A stretch of DNA of 64,000 nucleotides, from the NCBI GenBank assembly GCA_910588545.1, contig CAJUOU010000001.1, positions 547,975 through 611,974 on the forward strand. The letters are read 5' to 3'. Made by a program: the position numbers and the translations under genes. This DNA comes from an uncultured Christensenellaceae bacterium. Its GTDB lineage: Bacteria > Bacillota > Clostridia > Christensenellales > UBA3700. The notes below the pieces were generated by a model. That model ran no database searches, had not been told where the DNA came from, and was given only the letters and a program-made list of their open reading frames with translations. Shown here in pieces: positions 51,312 through 58,895 of this stretch (position 1 is the stretch's first letter; every line of letters starts with the position of its first letter).

Positions 51312-51637
51312 TTTTTCATAAAAACGATTTAATTAATGAAACGTTGGACAAGCATTTTGCGACATGGATGCACACTTTGAATACCGCAGATTTTGTACCA
51401 AAAAAGTATTTAAACTATGTGGACCGAATTATTTTTGAAAATCTTAAGAAAAAGTTAAAAGAGGTAGATATTTATAACCTACTTTACTTGGAATTACAAG
51501 GCTATAAATTAGGTTTTTTTGACAAACTTAAGATAAGTTTTTCCGGTATTAGACCATTGTTTGAAAATGAACTTCAAGCAATACTTAAGGCTCAAGAGAA
51601 ATCTGCAGAACAACAAAATAAAATCGAAAACAAATAA
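51308..51637 (+). CDS. hypothetical protein
   Basis: 109 aa, ATGA overlap with the Zot-like gene; no motif recognised. Confidence 0.55.
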   Translation: MIFHKNDLINETLDKHFATWMHTLNTADFVPKKYLNYVDRIIFENLKKKLKEVDIYNLLYLELQGYKLGFFDKLKISFSGIRPLFENELQAILKAQEKSAEQQNKIENK

Positions 51638-51678
51638 AATGCTCGCCCCCATTGAGCAAAAGGGGAAAGGAAATATAT

Positions 51679-52074
51679 ATGAACAAAATTGAAATCATTG
51701 GCAGATTAACTGCCGACCCGCAACTTAAGGTCATTAATGGCGACGTGCAAGTTTGCACTTTCACTGTAGCAGTAAATCGAAGATTTAACCGAGAAGAAAC
51801 TGATTTTTTTCCTGTGACAGTTTGGAGAGAAACTGCAATAAATTGCAATAAATTTTTAGCAAAAGGAAATCTTGTCGGAATATGCGGCTCATTGCAAATA
51901 CGAAAATATGACGATAAAGATGGTATCAAACGTATCGCTGTAGATTTGCAGGCAGACGAAGTTGATTTTTTGACTCCTAAAAGTGAAAATGATTCTACTG
52001 ATAAATCAACAGAAAATAAAACTCCAAGTGTTAGCGAACTTAAAGAAGTTGAAGACGACGATATGCCATTTTAA
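51679..52074 (+). CDS. ssb: single-stranded DNA-binding protein
   Basis: 131 aa from ATG 51679 (GGGGAAAGGAAA SD). MNKIEIIGRLTADPQL OB-fold N-terminus and a DDDMPF acidic tip. Confidence 0.92.
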   Translation: MNKIEIIGRLTADPQLKVINGDVQVCTFTVAVNRRFNREETDFFPVTVWRETAINCNKFLAKGNLVGICGSLQIRKYDDKDGIKRIAVDLQADEVDFLTPKSENDSTDKSTENKTPSVSELKEVEDDDMPF

Positions 52075-52085
52075 GAGGTGTATCA

Positions 52086-52892
52086 ATGAACAACCAAATT
52101 TTATTTAAAGAGTGGTTGAAAGATTTTTACGAGTACAAAAGTAAGAGAGTTAAGCCTAGTACTCTAAGAAATATAGGCATAGTGATTAGGTGTCACGTGC
52201 CTATATTTTTATACAACACTCCCCTTGTAAAAATAACAGACCAAGACTTGGAAAAAATGATATATGACGTTAAAGCAATGCGTATGCGACAATACACTTA
52301 TCAAGTCATTAATGAGGCTTTAGATAGGGCTGTAAAACGTAATATAATTGATTTTAACCCCATAACTAATTTGGATAGCATAAAACATAGACAACGTAAA
52401 GGACGTGCTTTAAACGCCGTAGAACGGGCTAAATTGCTTGAAAAGGTACAGCAACCTACTTTAAGGTTATTGTTCGAATTTTACATTTATAGCGGTTGTA
52501 GACGTTCAGAGGCATTATCTTTGACTTGGGACGATATAGATTTTGCAGGCAAAAAAATTATTATTCCCGGTACAAAAACTGAAGCAAGCGAAAGAGTGTT
52601 GCCAATGTCAAAACCTTTGCTTGAGATAATGAAAAAGTTGTCGCACAGTGCGACAACAAATAAGGTTTTTAACTACTCTCCAGATTATGTTTCTAAACAA
52701 TTTAAAAAGTATTGTCCTAAGCATAAACTACATGATTTAAGACATACTTTTGCGACAATATGTCTTGAAAGTGGTGTCAGTATTCGCGTTGTACAAAAGT
52801 GGTTGGGACATACCAGCATTGATACTACAGCAAGAATATATACACATGTAATTGACGAATTTCAACGTCGAGAAGCAGACAAAATATGTTAA
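52086..52892 (+). CDS. tyrosine site-specific integrase
   Basis: 268 aa; R...HDLRHTFAT...LGHTSIDTTARIYTH (R-H-R-Y catalytic pattern). Confidence 0.92.
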   Translation: MNNQILFKEWLKDFYEYKSKRVKPSTLRNIGIVIRCHVPIFLYNTPLVKITDQDLEKMIYDVKAMRMRQYTYQVINEALDRAVKRNIIDFNPITNLDSIKHRQRKGRALNAVERAKLLEKVQQPTLRLLFEFYIYSGCRRSEALSLTWDDIDFAGKKIIIPGTKTEASERVLPMSKPLLEIMKKLSHSATTNKVFNYSPDYVSKQFKKYCPKHKLHDLRHTFATICLESGVSIRVVQKWLGHTSIDTTARIYTHVIDEFQRREADKIC

Positions 52893-53794
52893 AGTATGAA
52901 GATTTAAAAAAGCGCATATATTATAATGAAAAATACATAGTGCCTAAGTTAAAGGCTGTTGAACAGGATAAACTTGCATTTAATATTGAGAATTGTTCGA
53001 AAACAAGTTGCATTGCGACTTGTTCCGGTTGTGGCGCTAAATATTATGCTGGCTCAAGTTATTGTAAATCAAGATATTGTGCTGTTTGCGCTAAACTTAG
53101 GGCATTGGCATGGCTTTGCAAGTTGGTCCCGTTGCTTGAGCAATATTCTAGCAATGGATATAAACTTTTTATGTTAAATTTTACAATAAAAGACCATAAG
53201 GACCTTGACTACATACTTAATAAGTTAATGAAAAGTTGGCGAATAATGACACATGACGATAAACGTTCTAAGAAAGAGTTTCGTCGCCTTAATGACGGGG
53301 GTATAAAATCTCTTGAGATTAAAATAGGCGAAAACTCTGGAATATGGCATCCTCATATACATAGTATAGTGCTTTTAAAGACTGAAGAAAAAGTCTACCA
53401 ATACAATGATTATAGAAAACTTTGGGAATATTGCTCTGCTCTTGCTTATGGTACAACTGACAAAGTCGGGAGTGTTGATATACGAGGACTTAAGGGGTAT
53501 AAGGGAGATATTGTATCCGCTGTAGTTGAAACATTTAAGTACATGACTAAACTAGATTGGTTAAATATCCCGGATGAACAATTACGTGAATTGTTTAAAG
53601 TTACAAATAATAGACGTTTTATATCTTCTTGGGGTGTACTTTATCGAGTTAATCAGCAAGTAGAGGCATTATTAAACGAAACTAGCGAAGATAAATTAAA
53701 AAATATGGCTTGTAAAGTCTGCGGTTGTACTGAGTTTGAACTTGAAAACCATTTAACTAAAATGTTGTCAGCAGACATACTTGATTTAAAATAG
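52886..53794 (+). CDS. rolling-circle replication initiator, pC194/pUB110 (Rep_1) type HUH endonuclease
   Basis: 302 aa; CKSRYCAVCAKLRALAW (compare CxxRFCPxCxWRR), FMLNFTIKD (motif 1), WHPHIHSIVLL (HUH), ETFKYMTK (Ex3Y catalytic pair). Confidence 0.85.
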   Translation: MLKYEDLKKRIYYNEKYIVPKLKAVEQDKLAFNIENCSKTSCIATCSGCGAKYYAGSSYCKSRYCAVCAKLRALAWLCKLVPLLEQYSSNGYKLFMLNFTIKDHKDLDYILNKLMKSWRIMTHDDKRSKKEFRRLNDGGIKSLEIKIGENSGIWHPHIHSIVLLKTEEKVYQYNDYRKLWEYCSALAYGTTDKVGSVDIRGLKGYKGDIVSAVVETFKYMTKLDWLNIPDEQLRELFKVTNNRRFISSWGVLYRVNQQVEALLNETSEDKLKNMACKVCGCTEFELENHLTKMLSADILDLK

Positions 53795-53805
53795 TAAGCA
53801 AAAAA

Positions 53806-53830
53806 AACGGGAGGTTTACCCCCGTTTTTT
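53806..53830 (+). terminator. terminator after rep
   Basis: aacgggagg-ttta-cccccgtt followed by T6. Confidence 0.75.
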
Positions 53831-53882
53831 GCTTGCTATTTTGAATTTTTACAAAAGCCAGATTTAAAATTTTGCTAAAATA

Positions 53883-53967
53883 ATGTGCATGTACGCGCGC
53901 ATATACACACGCACACCCGTAATTAATACACGTACGCGCACTTGCCAGCGCGCACGCACGCACGCAT
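53883..53967. repeat. three perfectly alternating purine-pyrimidine (CG/CA) tracts: 34, 16 and 20 nt
   Basis: 53883-53916, 53926-53941 and 53948-53967 alternate R/Y without exception. GC-rich island in about 30% GC DNA. Confidence 0.9.
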
Positions 53968-53982
53968 TTTTTGTTTTTCTGT

Positions 53983-53989
53983 CTTGATA
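53983..53989 (+). promoter_or_regulatory. candidate double-strand-origin nick site CTTGATA
   Basis: tttttctgtCTTGATAatat resembles the conserved pC194/pUB110 dso nick region. It lies about 190 nt downstream of rep on the rep coding strand. Confidence 0.6.
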
Positions 53990-54093
53990 ATATAGAAATA
54001 AGTGGGGTAAATGTTACACTTTGTTACCATAATTAAATAAGTGGTATTTTAGGCTAAAATTTAGGTAAAAAATAGGACTTTAAGACTAAGGCT

Positions 54094-54276
54094 AAAAATG
54101 GCATAAAAAAACCACTAGACTACTCGCCTAGTGATTTGGTGGGCAGGGGTGGATTCGAACCACCGAAAGCGCTGCTGACGGATTTACAGTCCGTTCCCTT
54201 TGGCCACTCGGGAACCTGCCCATATAAATGGAGCTGGTGATCGGAATCGAACCAACAACCTGCTGATTACAAATCA
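54094..54276. repeat. 183-bp direct repeat, right copy (attR)
   Basis: See the left copy. It ends inside the anticodon loop of the intact tRNA-Thr. Confidence 0.95.
54137..54221 (-). tRNA. tRNA-Tyr (GTA), right copy
   Basis: Identical to 43869-43953. Confidence 0.9.
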
Positions 54277-54304
54277 GCTGCTCTGCCAATTGAGCTACAC
54301 CAGC
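54229..54304 (-). tRNA. tRNA-Thr (TGT), intact; integration target
   Basis: Reverse complement GCTGGTGTAGCTCAATTGGCAGAGCAGCTGATTTGTAATCAGCAGGTTGTTGGTTCGATTCCGATCACCAGCTCCA; anticodon loop tTTGTAa. Confidence 0.92.
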
Positions 54305-54369
54305 ACATTTTCATGTGTTTTTGCCAATTTTAATTAATAAAATCAACAACTTATTTCCAATCTATTGAT

Positions 54370-54445
54370 TGGTGCCTCGGGACGGAATCGAACCATCGAC
54401 ACAGGGATTTTCAGTCCCTTGCTCTACCGACTGAGCTACCGAGGC
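54370..54445 (-). tRNA. tRNA-Phe (GAA)
   Basis: GCCTCGGTAGCTCAGTCGGTAGAGCAAGGGACTGAAAATCCCT...CACCA. Confidence 0.92.
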
Positions 54446-54454
54446 TTAAAAAAA

Positions 54455-54531
54455 TGGCGATCCGGAAGAGACTCGAACTCTCGACCTCTAGCGTGACAGG
54501 CTAGCGTTCTAACCAACTGAACTACCGGACC
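54455..54531 (-). tRNA. tRNA-Asp (GTC)
   Basis: GGTCCGGTAGTTCAGTTGGTTAGAACGCTAGCCTGTCACGCTAGAGGTCGAGAGTTCGAGTCTCTTCCGGATCGCCA. Confidence 0.92.
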
Positions 54532-54553
54532 ACATAAAATGGTTTAAATATAT

Positions 54554-54630
54554 TGGTGGGCCATCAAGGACTCGAACCTTGGACCGATCGGTTATGAGCC
54601 GATTGCTCTAACCAACTGAGCTAATGGCCC
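54554..54630 (-). tRNA. tRNA with CAT anticodon (elongator Met, or Ile2 if lysidinylated)
   Basis: GGGCCATTAGCTCAGTTGGTTAGAGCAATCGGCTCATAACCGATC...CCCACCA. The 1:72 pair is G:C, so it is not an initiator. Confidence 0.85.
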
Positions 54631-54642
54631 ACGAGCAATATT

Positions 54643-54719
54643 TGGTCGGGGTGAAGAGACTCGAACTCCCGGCCCCATGGTCCCAAACCACGTGCGCTAC
54701 CAAACTGCGCTACACCCCG
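54643..54719 (-). tRNA. tRNA-Pro (TGG)
   Basis: CGGGGTGTAGCGCAGTTTGGTAGCGCACGTGGTTTGGGACCATG...CCCCGACCA. Confidence 0.92.
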
Positions 54720-54760
54720 TCGCCATCGTGTCATTTGGCTTTTAGCCTTACGACTTATTT

Positions 54761-54789
54761 ATAATACAATATAATTTTATATTTGTCAA
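54761..54789 (-). promoter_or_regulatory. promoter of the tRNA operon (TTGACA-17-TATTAT)
   Basis: Minus strand cTTGACAaatataaaattatattgTATTATaaat, about 40 nt upstream of tRNA-Pro. Confidence 0.6.
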
Positions 54790-55125
54790 GAGTTTTTTCA
54801 AAATTTTTTTAAAATTATTTTTTTAGTTATAAATTTCCTAAAAACACAAGCAAATCAAGCTTTTTACCACACTATTTATTAACTTTTTTATTGATATAAT
54901 ACCATTTGGAAAAATAAAAATACTTAATTAATACAAACATTATGCTAATGTATAGTAAATAACAGGATTTATAAAACATTGATAACTAATTAAAGCTAAA
55001 ATAACTCTTGTAAAATACTATATAATAAAGATAATCTTGTTTATAAATATTTTTATACTACCACTACCCTATACACAAAACAACAAAATAATAATTATTA
55101 GATTATATTAATTTACTTTAAAGTA

Positions 55126-55154
55126 TTGACATTTGCGAGCAAAATATGTATAAT
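55126..55154 (+). promoter_or_regulatory. consensus promoter (TTGACA-17-TGTATAAT)
   Basis: ttgaca at 55126-55131, 17-nt spacer ending in tg, tataat at 55149-55154. Confidence 0.7.
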
Positions 55155-55197
55155 TATAGTATTAATTTATCCCTATGGGGGAAAGGAGATTTTATAT

Positions 55198-55812
55198 ATG
55201 AATACACAAGAGCAAAATATTGCAGAAAAAAAATTAATTAATTTAACAATTTTCAGCCCTGTAAATGTATCTGTATATTACAATACAAAATCAACATTAC
55301 TTATGTCAATCGACTTAAATACAGGTATTAACAACGATACTAAAGAAATTATGAGCGAAGACAATTTTAAATTGATTTTTGTCACTCACGGATTTGAAAA
55401 AAGTATCAACTTTATTGCAAAGCCAGCTGATTTCCAAGCTAGATACGAATTCAATTTGGCAGATATGTTAACTCAAGAAGAAATCGTTTCTTCTTACGAC
55501 AGAGAGGCTGCTATTTACTTTATCAATATCGAGCCAAATGGTTATGCTTTTGAACAAATGCAATCTGTTGCTGAAGAAGGAGATATCGAATTACTTCACA
55601 ACAAATTGATTGAATTATCTGCTATTGAAGAAAGCGATGCTCATAACGATTACCTAATTGCTTGCTGTGCAATGGCACTTGGTAAAAATGCAGAAAAATA
55701 CAATAAACCTGAAGAAGTTGATGTAATTCGCTCTGTTTATGAAAATTATAATTCTAAAGAAACTTATGGTTATATTTTTGAGAAATTCATAAACGAAAAT
55801 AACGAGCAATAA
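55198..55812 (+). CDS. hypothetical cytoplasmic protein (204 aa)
   Basis: ATG 55198 after a GGGGGAAAGGAG SD. The longer track ORF starts at the TTG of the -35 box. No motif recognised. Confidence 0.65.
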   Translation: MNTQEQNIAEKKLINLTIFSPVNVSVYYNTKSTLLMSIDLNTGINNDTKEIMSEDNFKLIFVTHGFEKSINFIAKPADFQARYEFNLADMLTQEEIVSSYDREAAIYFINIEPNGYAFEQMQSVAEEGDIELLHNKLIELSAIEESDAHNDYLIACCAMALGKNAEKYNKPEEVDVIRSVYENYNSKETYGYIFEKFINENNEQ

Positions 55813-55826
55813 TTTAACATATAATT

Positions 55827-55857
55827 AAAGTGCTATTTAAAAATAGCACTTTTTTAT
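55827..55857 (+). terminator. rho-independent terminator
   Basis: aaagtgctattt/aaatagcacttt followed by a T-run. Confidence 0.8.
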
Positions 55858-55964
55858 TTTGCAAACAATAGAAATTTTTTATTATATATCTCAAATAGTT
55901 ATAAATAAAATTGACATAAATACCCACTTTTGTTATAATAAATTGAAAATATTTAAAAGAGGTT

Positions 55965-56834
55965 TTGCTTGTGAAAAAAACTCAATCCAACAACTCAGAT
56001 TTAGGGGCAAAATTTAAAAGAAAATGCAAATCTTTACTCATTTTATTTTGGACTATGTTTAAAATAGGACTTTTTACATTTGGCGGCGGATATGCTATGA
56101 TTCATTTGCTAGAGAACGAGTTTGTTGCCAAAAAAAAATGGCTTGACAATGACGAATTTTTCGACTTAGTTACCATTGCAGAATCTACCCCCGGTCCCGT
56201 TGCGATAAACTGCTCTACTTATATCGGATACAAAACTGAAAAAATTCTTGGTTCATTTGTTGCAACAACTGCGATGTGCTTGCCGTCCTTTATAATTATT
56301 TTTGTAATATCATTATTTTTCAATGCTTTTTTGGAAAACACTTATGTAGCCGCAGCATTCAAAGGTATACAAGTATGCGCAGTGTTTTTGATACTTTGTG
56401 CAGGCATAAAAATGGCAAAAAAACTTAAAAAATCGATATTTAATTTGTTATTATTTATTGCTACTTTCGCGGCAATGATTTTAGTAAGTATATTTAATGC
56501 CAAATTTTCCTCGATATTTTATATTTTAATTAGCGGTGCTATCGGTTTGTTCATCTACTCTGTCGGATACTTTAAAGATAAAATGAAATTGAAAAAAGCT
56601 TCTGCAAATAACAGTGAAATCGCTTTAGATGAAAACTCAAATTCAACTTGCATAAATACAGATGAACAAGCAAATGCTAGTGCAAATATTGAAACAACTG
56701 AAATAAATGCTGAGCAAGTTTGTGATAATAACGAAATTAAAAATGAAAATAGTGTATCCCCTGAAAATGTTACTTTAAATGAAAGCGATTGTTCCGACCT
56801 TTCGGATAACGATAATAAAGGAGGTGCAAAATGA
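55965..56834 (+). CDS. chrA: chromate transporter family protein (CHR half-size) with a low-complexity C-terminal tail
   Basis: FGGGYAMIHLLENEFV and ESTPGPVAIN CHR motifs. Residues from about 215 to 289 are N/E/S-rich. The start may be GTG at 55971. Confidence 0.8.
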   Translation: MLVKKTQSNNSDLGAKFKRKCKSLLILFWTMFKIGLFTFGGGYAMIHLLENEFVAKKKWLDNDEFFDLVTIAESTPGPVAINCSTYIGYKTEKILGSFVATTAMCLPSFIIIFVISLFFNAFLENTYVAAAFKGIQVCAVFLILCAGIKMAKKLKKSIFNLLLFIATFAAMILVSIFNAKFSSIFYILISGAIGLFIYSVGYFKDKMKLKKASANNSEIALDENSNSTCINTDEQANASANIETTEINAEQVCDNNEIKNENSVSPENVTLNESDCSDLSDNDNKGGAK

Positions 56835-57409
56835 TTTACTTAGAATTATTTTTAAACTTCCTTAAAATAGGTGTTGTATCTTTTGGTGGCGGATACGGAA
56901 TGATTCCGCTAATTCAGGAAACAGTTGTAACTAAAGGCTGGCTTTCACAGGAACAAATATTGAACTTTATTGCAGTGTCGGAATCTACACCGGGACCAAT
57001 CGCAATAAATATGGCAACCTTTATAGGCTCGTCACAAGGAGGTATTTTAGGCTCGTTTATTGCAACGCTTGGAATAGTTCTTCCGTCATTTGTTATAATA
57101 TTGATTATTGCTTCCCTTGCCAAAAATTTAATGAAATTTGCAGGCGTAAAAGCAACTTTAAATGGTATTCGCCCAACTATAGTTGGAATGATATTTGCAA
57201 CTTTTGTTACAATGTTTATCAGCACAGTATTTGGTATTAAGACTATTGAAAGCGTATTTTCTTTTGATTGGAAAGGCTTAGTGATTTTTACAGTTGTTGT
57301 AATTATTGCCGTTGCATATAAGCTAATTAGGAAGAAATCTCTTTCTCCGATAATCTTGATTATCTTCTCAGGCGGGCTTGGAATGCTAATGTATTGCGGA
57401 TTATTTTAA
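56831..57409 (+). CDS. chrA: chromate transporter family protein (second CHR half)
   Basis: FGGGYGMIPLIQE, ESTPGPIAIN; ATGA overlap with the first half. Confidence 0.85.
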   Translation: MIYLELFLNFLKIGVVSFGGGYGMIPLIQETVVTKGWLSQEQILNFIAVSESTPGPIAINMATFIGSSQGGILGSFIATLGIVLPSFVIILIIASLAKNLMKFAGVKATLNGIRPTIVGMIFATFVTMFISTVFGIKTIESVFSFDWKGLVIFTVVVIIAVAYKLIRKKSLSPIILIIFSGGLGMLMYCGLF

Positions 57410-57426
57410 TAACTTTGAAAAGGCAA

Positions 57427-57451
57427 ATCGGGGCAAATAGCCCCGATTTTT
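57427..57451 (+). terminator. rho-independent terminator
   Basis: atcgggg-caaatag-ccccgat followed by T5. Confidence 0.8.
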
Positions 57452-57511
57452 GATTAGTTTTTTCACTTTCGTTACAATAAAAGATAAACTTTTTTAATAT
57501 CACGTTTATAG

Positions 57512-57889
57512 TCAAACAAATTTATATTCAATTTCATACCCTGCACTTTCAAGTACGCTTAAAGCCAAATTAAATTTTTCGCATTTAACCAAAATGTAAT
57601 CGGTATTAAAAGTAGACACTGCAAAAATACTAATATCATTTTGAGCAAGCAAAGCAGATATTTCGGCAATAATTCCTATTAATGAAAAATCCAATTCCCC
57701 ACTAATCCTAAAAGCTTTCCAACCACTGTTTACTGTATCGATGTTATTGGGGATTGCATCAATAGGACAAACTAATGATATTTCCTCATCGGTCTTTCCA
57801 ATAAAGCAAAATTTGTTATTTAATAAATTTGTTGTAATTGATTTGATTTTACAAATTGCAAAATCATATTTTAAAGCTTGTATTTTCAT
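57512..57889 (-). CDS. ACT-domain protein
   Basis: 125 aa; C-terminal GIIAEISALLAQNDISIFAVSTFNTDYILV, ACT-like. Confidence 0.65.
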   Translation of the reverse strand: MKIQALKYDFAICKIKSITTNLLNNKFCFIGKTDEEISLVCPIDAIPNNIDTVNSGWKAFRISGELDFSLIGIIAEISALLAQNDISIFAVSTFNTDYILVKCEKFNLALSVLESAGYEIEYKFV

Positions 57890-57957
57890 AGTTTTATTAT
57901 ATCAATATTGCTAACATTAGTCAATAACAAATTAAATAATTAATTTTGATATATTAG

Positions 57958-57986
57958 TTGGCAATATTTTATATGTATTATATAAT
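57958..57986 (+). promoter_or_regulatory. promoter (TTGGCA-17-TATAAT)
   Basis: ttggca at 57958-57963, 17-nt spacer, tataat at 57981-57986. Confidence 0.65.
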
Positions 57987-57994
57987 GTGCTTGT

Positions 57995-58110
57995 AAAATT
58001 AAAAATGGTCATCGGAGAACTGATGCCGCAGCAGTCGGACGAAAATCGTCCTTTGTTGAAAAGATGTCGAGTGCGCTCGGTTATTGTAAAAAATAACTGA
58101 GGCATTTTTT
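57995..58110 (+). ncRNA. structured leader with mutually exclusive hairpins and a U-tract (candidate attenuator or riboswitch, class not recognised)
   Basis: ggtcatc/gatgcc hairpin (58007-58027) competes with the long-range stem atgccgcag (58023-58031)/ctgaggcat (58098-58106), which is followed by T6. Internal hairpins ggacg/cgtcc, cgag/ctcg and gttatt/aataac. Confidence 0.4.
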
Positions 58111-58194
58111 ATTTACATACCATTTATTTTATTATAAAATTTGTTTGTTTTAATAACAATTAAAATAATTGTGAATATAAAAACGGCGTTAAAT

Positions 58195-58776
58195 ATGAAA
58201 ATTAAAATTTCCGAACATTTTACAACTAAAAAATTGATTGTATTTGTACTGCCTTCTATATTTATGATGATTATCACTTCTATTTATGGAGTGATAGTCG
58301 AAATTGGATATACTATTGGATGTGCTCCGATAATAGCATATAATTATGGCTCTGAAAACCACTTAGAATTAAAAAGCTTATTCAAAAAAAGTGTTATAAC
58401 TATGAGCATTGTCGGTATTATCTTATCAGGGTTAGCTCAAGCACTTGCAATTCCACTTGCTAAATTATTTGTTGGATATAATGAAGAATTATATACATTA
58501 ACAGTATATGCTTTTAGACTATTTTCTTTCTCATTTATTTTTTCAGGAATAAATATTTTTTCATCTGGATTTTTTACAGCACTTAATAATGGAATTATTT
58601 CTGCTATAATTTCTTTTTTACATGGTTTAATATTTCAAGTGGCATTTGTATTTATACTTCCATTAATTTTTGGGGTAGATGGAATTTGGTGGGCTATGTT
58701 TGCTACAGAGATTTGCGCTTGTATAGTTTCCGTTTCTTTCTTTATTGCTAAAAGAAAAAAATATCATTACGCATAA
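58195..58776 (+). pseudogene. MATE-family efflux transporter remnant with a large internal in-frame deletion
   Basis: The first ~34 residues are a MATE-type N-terminus (through the first TM helix). They run straight into ...EIGYTIGCAPIIAYNYGSENHLE..., the mid-protein region preceding TM7 to TM12. About 193 aa against roughly 450 expected. Confidence 0.6.
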
Positions 58777-58895
58777 TAAAAATTATTCGACACTTTTTTT
58801 ACTAAATAATTTTTTCGCTATTGATTTTTTATTTATTTTGTGTTATATTAATATATGAAAGTACTATTAAAAAATATCGATAGTAGGAGTAAACT

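Larger units (their letters stand above)
43826..54276. mobile_element. integrated ~10.1 kb rolling-circle, Zot-encoding, inovirus-like element including both att repeats
   Basis: tRNA-targeted insertion with 183-bp direct repeats. Carries a tyrosine integrase, pC194-type Rep with CTTGATA motif, SSB, Zot/pI-like ATPase, XRE repressor and a block of secreted or membrane proteins. Most of its genes run opposite to the surrounding chromosome. Confidence 0.8.

Noticed and set aside
53757-53963. 68-aa minus-strand ORF (MRACALASARTC...)
   Set aside because: It is created by the alternating CG/CA tracts, has no SD, and runs into the rep terminator and the rep 3' end. I treat the region as non-coding origin DNA.
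43826-54276. Alternative readings of the element: conjugative ICE/IME, or PRD1/PM2-type membrane-containing dsDNA phage with an FtsK-HerA packaging ATPase
   Set aside because: No VirB4, coupling protein or relaxase-sized genes are present. The ATPase shows the Zot/pI-specific HxHxxxDIxxxTQ...R block rather than a generic packaging-ATPase pattern. The PM2-like reading cannot be fully excluded without structure prediction of the 262/440-aa proteins.
58005-58100. 31-codon ORF (MVIGELMPQQSDENRPLLKRCRVRSVIVKNN) inside the MATE leader, as a leader peptide
   Set aside because: There is no Shine-Dalgarno sequence upstream of the ATG, and RNA structure explains the region better. I cannot fully exclude it.
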